The translations under genes were made by a program, and so were the position numbers. A DNA stretch of 64,000 bases from Candidatus Omnitrophota bacterium (lineage in GTDB: Bacteria; Omnitrophota; Gorgyraeia; B26-G9), in the NCBI GenBank assembly GCA_043814605.1, contig JBDRJV010000022.1:21305-85304 (forward strand), read 5' to 3'. The notes below the pieces were generated by a model that was not told the DNA's origin, made no database searches, and was given only the letters and a program-made list of their open reading frames with translations. Numbering within the stretch: the first letter of the stretch is position 1; every line of letters starts with the position of its first letter. Below are positions 46,936-57,489 of the stretch, piece after piece.

Positions 46936-49553
46936 TGATCTCTCTGTCTGTATAACCTGTCTTGTTTTTCTAAACTAATTAGCCCGGCTTTTGTAAAAGC
47001 TTCTATTTTTACCAATTCTTGTTTATCAGTTTTATTAAACCACAAAATAATATCTGCTATTTTTTTATTCATATCCTTACCTTTAACAATCCCCTCTTTC
47101 CGTCTCAAACATTTATAAACTTGTTCATTAATCATAATTTCATTTTGTCTATCCACAACTAATTCTAATTGATCGTCTGTAATTTTTTTATTCATATCTT
47201 TACCTTTAACAATTCCTCCTTTTAATCTCCAGCATTTATAAACTTGTTCATTAATCATAATTTCATCTTCTCTATCCACAACTAATTCTAATTGATAGTT
47301 TGTTTTCCCTGGATTTAAATCTACGGATATTCTTTTATCAAGCCACAGTTTCTGACTGGAAAGGAAAAATACCGCGGAAATAGGGTCTTGGGTATAAGGC
47401 GTAATCTTCACTTGCCTGTCCTTTGTACTCATAAGGCCATTTTCTCTATCAAAAACCGCTGTTTTCTCTTTAATTTTATTTTTTACTTGTATTGATTCTT
47501 CATATTTGTAATTATAAAAATTGTTTATGTCGAACAAGGATTGCACTTGAGCTTTTCCATCAAAAAAACGCGAGAAGAAACTAGACGGGTAAACATTGGC
47601 CTCTATCCGCATTGTTCTAGTGCCATCCATTGGTTGGCCTTCTCCCAATTTAATATTAAGATGCAATGCCGGGATAAGCCCCATATATTTTATAATATAT
47701 TCAAAACTATCTCCTTCTTTAAAGTTAAAATTCATATTTAAAGCCGGCAATAAATCCGTTTTCTGATCCGGAGAGGAAATAACCGGGTCTTTATCAATAG
47801 TGACAGCGTCCGGATTAACAGGTTTTGACATCACTTTATAAACAGCTGTATTTCCAAAATCTCTTACGAATTTAAATCCAGGATTATTCTCTATATCCGG
47901 TACCTGACCTAAAACCCTTCCCCCTTCATAATTTAAATATTTATCTTTGTGCACCAGCACATAATCCGTGCCTAAAAACGACAATATGCCCGCTGTAGAA
48001 GAATCTTTTAAACCAATGATCTTCTGCATTACTTCATAGGCATATGTCTCCGGGATAGCCCCGTTAATTAATTTTTTTTGGTGTACCCGTTGATAAAATA
48101 ATATCGGACGGAAATCTGCCTCTATAGGATATTCCGCAACAACTGTATCTTCTGGTTGTAGTCTCAACCAATTATAGACTTCTGGTATACTCTGGGTATC
48201 TGTTATCGGTGACACATTTAAAAATTCAAAAAGCACTCCGCAACATAATAAGGTTACAACAACAAATTTCATTTTTTTACTGCTAAGCTTTTTTATAATA
48301 TTATTTAGTCCAAATCCGGCAAGTACACAAACAGCAATCATTACTACCCCACCCATACGTGCGTAATTACGAATCATCGGGAATATTTTAAATAAAAAAA
48401 ATGAAGGAAACGGGATAAAAAAAACATTTTTAATCCCCCAATAAGGGCTAAACGAACAAACCATAAAAGTAAATAAAGCAAAAACCCAAAAACAGATTAA
48501 AAAATCCGTTGCCGGATTTGATCGCCTGCTAATTCTTCTCTTTTTCCAGCTTTTATACCCCGCAAAAGCCAGAAAAATAGGGATAACTCCCAAATACAGA
48601 GACTGTTCCCCCCCGCTATTTTCACCATATAACGGCGTATCAACAAACACCTTGGTTATTTTTCCTAGTAATGGATGATACACTGTCGGAAGAAAATAGT
48701 TTAACGGCCGAGCAGCATCAGAAAAAAGCTGGCCAAAAGAACGGATAATCCCGGTTGTTTGGGCTTTACTTGAGCTGTAAATTACCATTTTTAGGTGACG
48801 CCAAATTTGAGGAAGCATTATCAAAGCAATAACCGTTAAACCCGCAATTGAAAGCTTCACGAACTGAAAAATTTCTTTTAACCTAACTTTTTGTTTTCTA
48901 AATACAGCATATCCAACATTAAAAACAAAAAATAATATAGTAAAGATACCCATGAAATAAACATAATAATAACTGCTAAACTGCCCGATTAATGCAAAAC
49001 AAACTCCGCAAATAAACGCGCTTCCATAAGTTCTTTTCTGATATAAGTTGAATAAGGAAATAATATAAAATAGCATCCAGTGCATATTGGATAAACAAAG
49101 ATGTTCCCAGGAACGAGCAAAATGGTAAGGGCTAAACATTAACACTAATCCCGAAAAAAAAGAAGCTAGACGATTTTTCGTGAAATAAAAAACAAGAGCA
49201 TACATCGCCAAGCCCGAAAGAAAAAAACTGCCTAATACCTGAATATTATACGCTGCTATCTCTCCCATTAAAATTGTTAAATACCTATTAAAAACTACCC
49301 AGACAGGATAAAGATGGGGATTATTCAAACCAAAAGGAGAAGATAAAATAGAAATAAAATCAGAAGGCAACCCTTTTAAGTAAGAATATTTCAACCACCA
49401 GAATTCCCAAATCCATGCTAACGAATCTGTGGCTGTGCCATAAATAGCCGAATTTAAACGAAAAATTACAGGAAAGGTAGCGCATATACTTAAAAATAGA
49501 TAAAGTAGTATAATAAAAATTTCTGCTTTAAAATTTTTTATCTTATTTTTCAT
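46932..49553 (-). CDS. Large polytopic membrane protein, GT-C-fold glycosyltransferase-like (ArnT/PMT/YfhO-type), with a C-terminal soluble region containing a 41-aa tandem repeat
   Basis: About 12+ TM helices with an acidic first loop (GTATDSLAWIWEFWW). The large C-terminal extracytoplasmic domain is followed by 2 x 41-aa repeats. Confidence 0.45.
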   Translation of the reverse strand: MKNKIKNFKAEIFIILLYLFLSICATFPVIFRLNSAIYGTATDSLAWIWEFWWLKYSYLKGLPSDFISILSSPFGLNNPHLYPVWVVFNRYLTILMGEIAAYNIQVLGSFFLSGLAMYALVFYFTKNRLASFFSGLVLMFSPYHFARSWEHLCLSNMHWMLFYIISLFNLYQKRTYGSAFICGVCFALIGQFSSYYYVYFMGIFTILFFVFNVGYAVFRKQKVRLKEIFQFVKLSIAGLTVIALIMLPQIWRHLKMVIYSSSKAQTTGIIRSFGQLFSDAARPLNYFLPTVYHPLLGKITKVFVDTPLYGENSGGEQSLYLGVIPIFLAFAGYKSWKKRRISRRSNPATDFLICFWVFALFTFMVCSFSPYWGIKNVFFIPFPSFFLFKIFPMIRNYARMGGVVMIAVCVLAGFGLNNIIKKLSSKKMKFVVVTLLCCGVLFEFLNVSPITDTQSIPEVYNWLRLQPEDTVVAEYPIEADFRPILFYQRVHQKKLINGAIPETYAYEVMQKIIGLKDSSTAGILSFLGTDYVLVHKDKYLNYEGGRVLGQVPDIENNPGFKFVRDFGNTAVYKVMSKPVNPDAVTIDKDPVISSPDQKTDLLPALNMNFNFKEGDSFEYIIKYMGLIPALHLNIKLGEGQPMDGTRTMRIEANVYPSSFFSRFFDGKAQVQSLFDINNFYNYKYEESIQVKNKIKEKTAVFDRENGLMSTKDRQVKITPYTQDPISAVFFLSSQKLWLDKRISVDLNPGKTNYQLELVVDREDEIMINEQVYKCWRLKGGIVKGKDMNKKITDDQLELVVDRQNEIMINEQVYKCLRRKEGIVKGKDMNKKIADIILWFNKTDKQELVKIEAFTKAGLISLEKQDRLYRQRDQ
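47052..47295. repeat. In-frame tandem duplication, 2 x 123 bp at about 90% identity, inside the 3' end of the GT-C-like gene
   Basis: Copy 1 is about 47052-47172 and copy 2 about 47175-47295. It encodes QLELVVDR(E/Q)xEIMINEQVYKCxRxKxGIVKGKDMNKKIxD twice. Confidence 0.8.
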
Positions 49554-49590
49554 TAGAGATTAAATTAAAAATTTTACACATTTTTATATA

Positions 49591-50646
49591 CTACTCTTTT
49601 TTAAAAATTGACTGAAAAAACTTTATTGAAATACCACTCACTAAAAAAAAATAAGCAACTGTTCCGGCAGTATCCAGCCATTTCTTTAACCCAATACTCC
49701 GCAAAATTGCGCATAAAATAAGCCCTGACATAAATGCTACAAGACATTTATCAGAAAATTTACAATCTAAAACCCAAATTATTTGCTCTTTAATCCAAAG
49801 AAATACCTTATTTATAATATAAAATATTTTATTGAAAATTAAACTGTTATCTCCAATATTTCTTCTTCCAATATCATCTTTTAATTTATTTAATAACACC
49901 CATGTCAATAAATTTACAATCATATTTGCAAATGCAACATTGATACAAACAAATAAAAAAGCATACTTTATCTGCACCACCAATGAATACGGCCCTTTCA
50001 GAGAAATATACCCCAAAACTAAGCAGAAAAAAGCACAAAATATAAACGAAAAAATATTATTTAAAATACTCTGCTTTATAGATAGATTCAATACTATTAA
50101 TTCAAATAAAAGCATAATCCACCATAAAATTACTATAAAAAAGAAAAAAATAATTCCTGGTAACAAAACTTTTTTTAAATCATTATTTCGAAGGACTGAA
50201 TCACGAAGAGTCAAAATAATATTTTCATTATGCACTTGACCCAGAAAATTCTTCGTGCGAACCATCAAGTTTTTAGGATTATTCGGATAGAAATGAACCT
50301 GCAACTTATTATTACCTTCGACCATTATTTCTTTAGGAACATAATAATAACGCGACAGAATACAATTTTCCGAACTATTACTAATTCTAAGTTCAAGTTT
50401 ATTATTATTTAGTTTAGCCAGTTCCGCATCTGTATTTTTAGCATCGAATTTAAGCTGTAACAAATAATCACTGACCTTTGGCAAACTTATTATAGTCTCG
50501 AACACTTCAGAATTTACTAAAAAGATATCTTCTTTTTTTACAATATTCTCATGGATCCCTGATGAGCAAAGTAAAAAAAATGCCACAGTAAAAACTGTTG
50601 CAAAAATTATGCTCAAAACTAAACTTATTTTTCTAGTTCTTTGCAT
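49591..50646 (-). CDS. Hypothetical membrane protein
   Basis: 351 aa, an N-terminal TM, an extracytoplasmic domain of about 140 aa, then about 6 TM helices. No motif recognised. Confidence 0.35.
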   Translation of the reverse strand: MQRTRKISLVLSIIFATVFTVAFFLLCSSGIHENIVKKEDIFLVNSEVFETIISLPKVSDYLLQLKFDAKNTDAELAKLNNNKLELRISNSSENCILSRYYYVPKEIMVEGNNKLQVHFYPNNPKNLMVRTKNFLGQVHNENIILTLRDSVLRNNDLKKVLLPGIIFFFFIVILWWIMLLFELIVLNLSIKQSILNNIFSFIFCAFFCLVLGYISLKGPYSLVVQIKYAFLFVCINVAFANMIVNLLTWVLLNKLKDDIGRRNIGDNSLIFNKIFYIINKVFLWIKEQIIWVLDCKFSDKCLVAFMSGLILCAILRSIGLKKWLDTAGTVAYFFLVSGISIKFFQSIFKKE

Positions 50647-52564
50647 CTATAGCTCCTTTTTTCTTAATATCTAGATATTTTAAATAAAATAAACAAGCAA
50701 TAACTGCCACAAAAAATATTATTAATCCCAAATAATAAAGCAGCTGTGGCCAAAAATATATTATTATTGTAAAATTTTCATTCAAACCCAATTTACTCGG
50801 TTCTACCCGCCAGCAATTTGCATAACCATTAGCAAAATAGTGCGGTAACTTTAACGGCTTTTTAAATAATAACTTTACATCTTCAAAACTAAATTTATAT
50901 TCACCTCTTGATTCTTTTACATGTAAATGCGGATAGTCTGCTACTATTTCATTAAACTCCTCTGGCTTGTGAATAGAAACTTGTGACTCATACAGCTTCC
51001 ACTGTTCATGAAAACTTTCACTAAATACAAGCCAAAAAGGATAATTTGCTCCTTTAATATTAACTAAATATTTTACCGGATTTATTTTTTTAAAGATTAT
51101 TTCCGGCTCTTGAGTTATGAATTGTAAATTAGGAGTTACAACTGGTTCTAATATTACCCACTCTATTTCAATAATACTATTTTTTACTTTTTCATAATGA
51201 TGTTTTCCCTTTCTCAGATCAATTATCTTTTGCAAAATAATTTCCTGATCATCTATGTGTTTTTCCCAATTTTTAAAACTATTCAGGGAAACTTCCTCTT
51301 CATCTATTTTTAAAAAAACAGGATTAAATTCAGAAAGCAAAGAAGTAAATTTTTCTTTTGTTTTAAGAGCCTTTAAAGGATAAGGGAGCCCTTCACTGCT
51401 TCTATTCAACTGGAAATTCCCTAATTTCAATTCAAAATATTCTTTTTCAAGTAAAAGTTTTTTTAGTTTTACTTCCAGTACTAAGGTCATATACTTAGAC
51501 TTATCATCCTGAAATATATTATTTATATCAATTACTATATTGTCATCGTTTTTTTTGTATTGCTCCGGGGAGAGGCTGAACATCTCTACTTTATCACTTA
51601 TATCCTCACTCTTATGAAAGATGGCATAAACTCTTACATCATAGGCTTCTTGTCCGGCTGCTTCACAATCAAAGGAAAGAGAATCTATTTTTCGCAATTG
51701 TTCTTCAGAAAACTGGATATAAACCGATAGCTGATTATTCTCATCCTTAGGAGCTGTTCTGGACTCGAGGTCATGTTTGCTTTCAGTATCGTGATAACAT
51801 AAAATTTTAAACTTTTCGTTCTGTTTTAATAGGGTATATCCCATATTATCGCTTTGGATCATTAATTCTGGATCTATTTTTTGCCTTTTAAGAAACTGAA
51901 TAGACTTTTCATTATAAAATTTTAGATTTTTTAACCTGAATATATATATTTCATTATCAATTTCACTCATATTTTTATTAAAAGAATGAATAAAAAATAT
52001 TTTTCTTAATATAAAACCTTTCGACACTTCATTAACCGATAATAACTCTTTTTTAATTTTATCAAGAATATAATATTGGCTGAACGTATCTATTCTAACA
52101 TAGCCATCAACATCGTTATCTCCCATATAATCAATACCCAAATTAGCATATATGCGTTGATCATTTTTATTCGGAATTTCCGCTTCTATCTCTGAGAAAG
52201 GGAATTCCTCCAGATTAATTTCCACGGATCGGCTTAAAGCAATGGTATTTCCTCCCGATAATAAAATATCCGCAAATTCTTTACGCGGTAAGCATTTAAC
52301 AAATTCTTTTGATTCATTTAAAGAGGTTTTCTGCCCTGCTTTAAAAAAAGAATTAATATCTTCTTTAGAAATAAACTCAATTTCCCAGTTTTTTATCTCA
52401 TCTCTCCAATCTGCCACTTTATCTTGATAATATATTCTAGAGTTTACAAATTTAGAATTTAGCTTAATTTTTAAATTATAAGGTTCAGTTTCCTGAGCAA
52501 ATACAACCACAGGGAATAATAATATAATCAGTACTATTTTTCTGCAAAAATTATTTTTTTTCAT
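50633..52564 (-). CDS. Hypothetical secreted or membrane-anchored protein
   Basis: 643 aa, N-terminal signal peptide and a C-terminal TM anchor. No motif recognised. Confidence 0.35.
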   Translation of the reverse strand: MKKNNFCRKIVLIILLFPVVVFAQETEPYNLKIKLNSKFVNSRIYYQDKVADWRDEIKNWEIEFISKEDINSFFKAGQKTSLNESKEFVKCLPRKEFADILLSGGNTIALSRSVEINLEEFPFSEIEAEIPNKNDQRIYANLGIDYMGDNDVDGYVRIDTFSQYYILDKIKKELLSVNEVSKGFILRKIFFIHSFNKNMSEIDNEIYIFRLKNLKFYNEKSIQFLKRQKIDPELMIQSDNMGYTLLKQNEKFKILCYHDTESKHDLESRTAPKDENNQLSVYIQFSEEQLRKIDSLSFDCEAAGQEAYDVRVYAIFHKSEDISDKVEMFSLSPEQYKKNDDNIVIDINNIFQDDKSKYMTLVLEVKLKKLLLEKEYFELKLGNFQLNRSSEGLPYPLKALKTKEKFTSLLSEFNPVFLKIDEEEVSLNSFKNWEKHIDDQEIILQKIIDLRKGKHHYEKVKNSIIEIEWVILEPVVTPNLQFITQEPEIIFKKINPVKYLVNIKGANYPFWLVFSESFHEQWKLYESQVSIHKPEEFNEIVADYPHLHVKESRGEYKFSFEDVKLLFKKPLKLPHYFANGYANCWRVEPSKLGLNENFTIIIYFWPQLLYYLGLIIFFVAVIACLFYLKYLDIKKKGAIDAKN

Positions 52565-52571
52565 CCTAAAA

Positions 52572-53234
52572 TCAGTTTATAAAAAACTCTCCTCTTTCCT
52601 TCTCCAAAATATAATATAAATCAGTTTTTTTGCTATTTACTTTCTGTTTTAAAATTTCTCTAGTACTTTCTCTTTCCTTTTCTTCCAAGATAAGCATTTT
52701 TAGTTGCAACGCGTTAAGATCCATTGAAACATTCTTAAGCACTACAGGATATATTCCTCTGTTTAATTCTGCTTCGCCAATATATGTATACATAGTTGTA
52801 TTTTGGGAGACTACCTTTTTTTGATTTTTTAATATTTGTTTGTTATCAATTTTAACGATCCAGTCTTCTTTCTTTTTCTGATTTTCGTCAAAATTTGAAC
52901 AATCCAACCAGAATTCAAAATTGCCTTCTTTTTCTATTTTTACCCTAAATTTTTGTGAATAACTAATCGATCTGGCTGCAATTTCTACGGCTAAATCCTG
53001 CCATGTCGTATCACAAAACACAAAATTAACAACCTCGGTCAAAATCTCTATTACATCAGCACTGCCGATAAACTGTTCTGAAAAAAATATCACTGGCTTG
53101 CTATCTAGGAATCTAGTATGGGTAAGTTCCGCTGAAATATCATCACTTCCTACAACAAAAACAGTTTCCGCAAAAACATTAAAACATAAAATATTTACTA
53201 TAATAAAAATTATAGCCAAAAATCTTATTTTCAT
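52572..53234 (-). CDS. Hypothetical secreted protein
   Basis: 220 aa, signal peptide. No motif recognised. Confidence 0.35.
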   Translation of the reverse strand: MKIRFLAIIFIIVNILCFNVFAETVFVVGSDDISAELTHTRFLDSKPVIFFSEQFIGSADVIEILTEVVNFVFCDTTWQDLAVEIAARSISYSQKFRVKIEKEGNFEFWLDCSNFDENQKKKEDWIVKIDNKQILKNQKKVVSQNTTMYTYIGEAELNRGIYPVVLKNVSMDLNALQLKMLILEEKERESTREILKQKVNSKKTDLYYILEKERGEFFIN

Positions 53235-53282
53235 CTTTTTCCTTGCCTTCTTATGCTTTTAAAAGCCTGCCCCACTTTAATT

Positions 53283-55019
53283 TTAATTACTAGAAACATA
53301 TATTCGCGGCAGAAAATCATCCTCGTTCTCATAAACCGTTATGCTGCCCAGGCTATAGGGCTGCATAAAACCGGTAAATATTATCTTCTTTTCCTCAATT
53401 GTTTCTTTCTCAAGGAATCCGTACCATGCGATCAAATCCTCATTCACAACAACCTGCCCTACATTATAAATACCTAAAACTTTTTTATAATTACTTAAGC
53501 CTATTCCTTTGTACAAAAGATTAAAATAATGATGCGTTCCAATAAACGGTTTATTAGTATTCTTTAGCACCGGATCCAATCCTGTATATTTTTTATTGTT
53601 ATAATTACTTAAGCACACCTGATAATTAGCTGTCCCCGGCAAGCTTAAAATCCGTTGTTCAAAATTTTTGCTATTTACAAATTCTCTAAACTGCTTATAT
53701 TCTGTCTTGTCTTTATATTTCCTTGAACCATAACCAAAATTCTTAATTTTATATTCAGGAATTATATTCCCCGTCAATAGCGGCACGGAACAAAATAGTA
53801 AATATAATGCAAAAATAAACGAAATAAATTTATAATGCCTGCGCTCTTTAATGTTATTCATTATAAATAATAATAAAATTGATAATATAAAAACATAAAG
53901 AATGCCGAATTTTTCTACCGGTGTTTTAAAAATTTTAAAATAAGGCACATGAATAAATAAAAAATTATAAATGCCCCCAAAAGGCGCAGCATTACCCTTT
54001 ACGAAAAATAATACAATCAACAAAATTCCTAATGTGCCCATGGGAAGCAAATTTCTTTTTTTTCGGTCATAAATAAACAAAAAATAGAATATTATTACAA
54101 ACATTGGCACTAAGGTAATTATCCCCGCAAATACCGTGTTATACCAATATGCAAAAAAATCATAAGATGAGTCATCGGAAATCAATAAAGTCAAGGAAAA
54201 CATTTTAGCAATAATAGGATAAAAATCAGTTACTACAGTATTTAACAGGTCTTTAGCTATAGATAAAGGATATATACTCTTCCCCACAGATTTAAGATTC
54301 AAATAAAGGGTCATTATCCACCAGGAATTAAATACGAAAAATGATACTAATAAAATAACAAGTTTCTTAACTATCTGGATTAAAATAATTTTTTTGTTGT
54401 GATAAAAAGAACCCAAAACCACTGAAAGCAAAACGGAAAAAAATATAATCGCAAAAAGCGGCGGGTTTGAAAAGGAAAAAGAAAAGCAAGCTGAAATAAA
54501 ACCGAAGAAAAAACATAGCCTAAAATTATCATTATAATATTTTAGAATGAGCCATAAAAATAAAGGCATTACTCCTATGGAAAAAACATTGTTTTGATTA
54601 ATACAAATCAAGTGATATAAAATAAAAGGATTAACCACATAAAAAAAAGATACCATAAATGCAACAAAAGGTCTTGCTTTTAATAGCCTTGATAGCATGA
54701 ACATTGCAATAAATGGCAGAAAATATATTGAAAATATCATTGTAAAATTAGCGGCAACAACACTACCCGTAAATTTTTCAATAAGCGAAAGAATAACAAT
54801 ATTTAAAGCAAAAGCATGAGGAGACATGTTTATAACCCCTGCACCGAAAGTAGAATACCAAGCAAAACAGGAATTTTTAAGGTGAGTTGTAAAATCCAAA
54901 ACAAAATCTGCTTCTCCCCCAAGGATAAGACAGCCATCAAAATAATATGGCAATAATGCCAGGAAAAAAATAGCTCCTCCTAGCATCAAAAAAACATTAT
55001 AGGCATTAATTCTTTTCAT
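53283..55019 (-). CDS. Polytopic membrane protein, possible GT-C-fold glycosyltransferase or polymerase
   Basis: 578 aa, about 12 TM helices, an acidic first loop (LILGGEADFVLDF), and a C-terminal extracytoplasmic domain. Confidence 0.4.
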   Translation of the reverse strand: MKRINAYNVFLMLGGAIFFLALLPYYFDGCLILGGEADFVLDFTTHLKNSCFAWYSTFGAGVINMSPHAFALNIVILSLIEKFTGSVVAANFTMIFSIYFLPFIAMFMLSRLLKARPFVAFMVSFFYVVNPFILYHLICINQNNVFSIGVMPLFLWLILKYYNDNFRLCFFFGFISACFSFSFSNPPLFAIIFFSVLLSVVLGSFYHNKKIILIQIVKKLVILLVSFFVFNSWWIMTLYLNLKSVGKSIYPLSIAKDLLNTVVTDFYPIIAKMFSLTLLISDDSSYDFFAYWYNTVFAGIITLVPMFVIIFYFLFIYDRKKRNLLPMGTLGILLIVLFFVKGNAAPFGGIYNFLFIHVPYFKIFKTPVEKFGILYVFILSILLLFIMNNIKERRHYKFISFIFALYLLFCSVPLLTGNIIPEYKIKNFGYGSRKYKDKTEYKQFREFVNSKNFEQRILSLPGTANYQVCLSNYNNKKYTGLDPVLKNTNKPFIGTHHYFNLLYKGIGLSNYKKVLGIYNVGQVVVNEDLIAWYGFLEKETIEEKKIIFTGFMQPYSLGSITVYENEDDFLPRIYVSSN

Positions 55020-55053
55020 TTTAATTTTGTATATAAAATTGCGATTGGTTATT

Positions 55054-55827
55054 TTACCTGCTAATGCTTTTATAGCATTGATAAATGATTACATAAGATT
55101 TTCTTATACATTCCACATTCTTACTTATTTGGTAAGGTGTCTCTATTTTTTTCCTTTTCCCAATAATCATATTTTTTAATGGTAGCGGCATGATTCTTGC
55201 AATTTTCCTTACAATTTCTATTTGAGATAAAGTGCTAATTAATTTAGCATGAAAATCAGTCTTTATTTCCTCCTCATTAAACTGTCCAAATAATAAAACA
55301 TTATCAAATTGTAACTTTAATATTCCAAATAAATCTTCTGGATAATATTCATACTTATGAAAAGGAAAAACTGGCTTATTTTTATTATGCGAAGTAATAT
55401 ATTTATTAACTGTTGCTAAAAAAAGAATCCCTTGCGGCTTTAGATAATTTAAAAATTTTTTAATCAAAACTATACCCTCATCTCGGCTTATATGCTCTAT
55501 CATTTGAGAACAAACTATTACGTCAAACTTACAGGAAAGATTTAAAGCAGTAGTAAATTCTAAATGACCAATATCCTTAAAAAACAAAGCTGCTTGATTA
55601 ATGACTTTCGCATTAATATCGTAGCCGACAACTTTATTTTGAGTAAACCGAGAAAGATATTCACTACCATAGCCTCCGGCACAACCATAATCCAACACTT
55701 GTGATTGCTTATTTATAAATTTTGCAGACATCTCGTAAACTATTTGATGCACTCTATCGGCTTGTTCGAACTTCCTATTAATAATTGGCCTTTCTCCGGT
55801 ATTCAACACCATTACTCCTCCCATCAC
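55054..55827 (-). CDS. Class I SAM-dependent methyltransferase
   Basis: Motif I VLDYGCAGGYGSEYL and a downstream acidic motif. Confidence 0.75.
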   Translation of the reverse strand: MMGGVMVLNTGERPIINRKFEQADRVHQIVYEMSAKFINKQSQVLDYGCAGGYGSEYLSRFTQNKVVGYDINAKVINQAALFFKDIGHLEFTTALNLSCKFDVIVCSQMIEHISRDEGIVLIKKFLNYLKPQGILFLATVNKYITSHNKNKPVFPFHKYEYYPEDLFGILKLQFDNVLLFGQFNEEEIKTDFHAKLISTLSQIEIVRKIARIMPLPLKNMIIGKRKKIETPYQISKNVECIRKSYVIIYQCYKSISR

Positions 55828-55861
55828 TAAAACATTTTCTTCCTACATTTTGTTATTTATT

Positions 55862-57301
55862 TTATGACAACTGCCCCTTGGTCCCACCCCTCATAAATAC
55901 ATAAAAAGCTATTTTAAACAGTTTTAAATCCTCTTTAAATCTTCGCGGGATTAAAAACCAGATTCTTATTCTGCGCAACAACCACATAGGGTTAATAAAA
56001 AATCTTCTGTACGCCATCTTTTTAATATTTACTAAATCCTCCAAAGTAGATCCCTTTGGAATAAATAAAGGCCAAATCCCGCGAAAACCTTTTCCTAATT
56101 CACCGCTAGCATATTTATCGATAATATCCTCGGGTATCATCTTGTGTTTTATCGCGTAATTAAAAACTTCTGTACCGGGAAAAGGCATGGTGATATGAAT
56201 CCCGATTACATCAGCTTTAACCTTACTGCCGATTTTAACCGTATCTAGCATTTCCTTTCTGGTCTCTGTAGGAAAACCAACCATTAAAAATAAATTGCTC
56301 ATAATCCTATATTTTCTGCATAATTCAACCGCTTTGGTAATTTGCTGATCATCAACTTTTTTCTTAATAATTTCGTTTCTGATCCTTTCATTCCCAGACT
56401 CAACTCCAAAATAAAGTTCATAACAGCCTGCTCTTCTTAATGCTTTTGCCACTTCATCATCAACTACACTTGCCCTAGTTGATGCAATAAACTTTATTTT
56501 AAGCTTCCGGTCAATAACTTCCTGGCAAAAATCCATGATATATTTTTTATTTAAAGTAAAACAATCATCATTAAACCCGTAACTACCCTGGCATTGGTCA
56601 TAAACCTGCTCCATCTCATCAACAATATTCTTTGCAGAGCGCAAGCGTAACTTAAATCCTATTACTGGGATACAGCAAAAAATACATTTAAAAGGGCAAC
56701 CTCTTGAGCCTAATATCCCTGCTGAAGGAACCTCGTACTTCATCTGTTCTTCACGTAGATATATTTCCGGCTTGATCAGATGCCTTGCCGGAAAAGGCAA
56801 GCTATCTAAGTCTTCTGTGATTTTCCCGATTATCGGTCCCCTTACCTTCTCTCCCTTTTTAATTTTACTTACAATCTCCTCAAAAGTATGCTCTCCCTCT
56901 CCGATAATCCCGAAATCAAAAACAGGAAATCTTTCCAGAAATGTTTTATCGCAACATAAATGCACCCCGCCAAGGCCTAAGTGAAAACTATCGCCGAATT
57001 TTTCCTTTATTGCTTTAGCCAAACTAACAGCTGAAGCAATACTCGTTGTCATTGAAGAAATCCCAACTACCATTGGTTTTTCATTTTTAATTGTTTGCAA
57101 TATATCCGGCAAGGTTATTCCTTCCGGAGCCACATCAATGATTTTTACCGAATGCCCAAATCTCTCCAAGAATGCGGCCATGTAAAGAATACCTGTGGGG
57201 TAAAAAGATTTTTCATCTCCCCCATGGCCTCTAAACTTTTCTTTTTCTTTTTCATCTTTATAAAGAATAATTGGACTGTGTATTAGAATAACATCAACCA
57301 T
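55862..57301 (-). CDS. B12-binding radical SAM protein (class B rSAM)
   Basis: N-terminal cobalamin-binding domain, then GSRGCPFKCIFC (CxxxCxxC). Confidence 0.8.
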   Translation of the reverse strand: MVDVILIHSPIILYKDEKEKEKFRGHGGDEKSFYPTGILYMAAFLERFGHSVKIIDVAPEGITLPDILQTIKNEKPMVVGISSMTTSIASAVSLAKAIKEKFGDSFHLGLGGVHLCCDKTFLERFPVFDFGIIGEGEHTFEEIVSKIKKGEKVRGPIIGKITEDLDSLPFPARHLIKPEIYLREEQMKYEVPSAGILGSRGCPFKCIFCCIPVIGFKLRLRSAKNIVDEMEQVYDQCQGSYGFNDDCFTLNKKYIMDFCQEVIDRKLKIKFIASTRASVVDDEVAKALRRAGCYELYFGVESGNERIRNEIIKKKVDDQQITKAVELCRKYRIMSNLFLMVGFPTETRKEMLDTVKIGSKVKADVIGIHITMPFPGTEVFNYAIKHKMIPEDIIDKYASGELGKGFRGIWPLFIPKGSTLEDLVNIKKMAYRRFFINPMWLLRRIRIWFLIPRRFKEDLKLFKIAFYVFMRGGTKGQLS

Positions 57302-57489
57302 CTTCCACCTAAATATATTTTTTAAACTTCAATCAAACCAATACGTTACTGATTTTAACAGATAATAGAGTTAAGTCAAGCTTACTCCTAGCAGTTTTAG
57401 CTTTTACATTTTTTCCTCCCATAATCTTCAACCCAAAAAAATTTATTTATAATTAAGCAATATTATAAAAATCCTTATTAAATTCTTAC

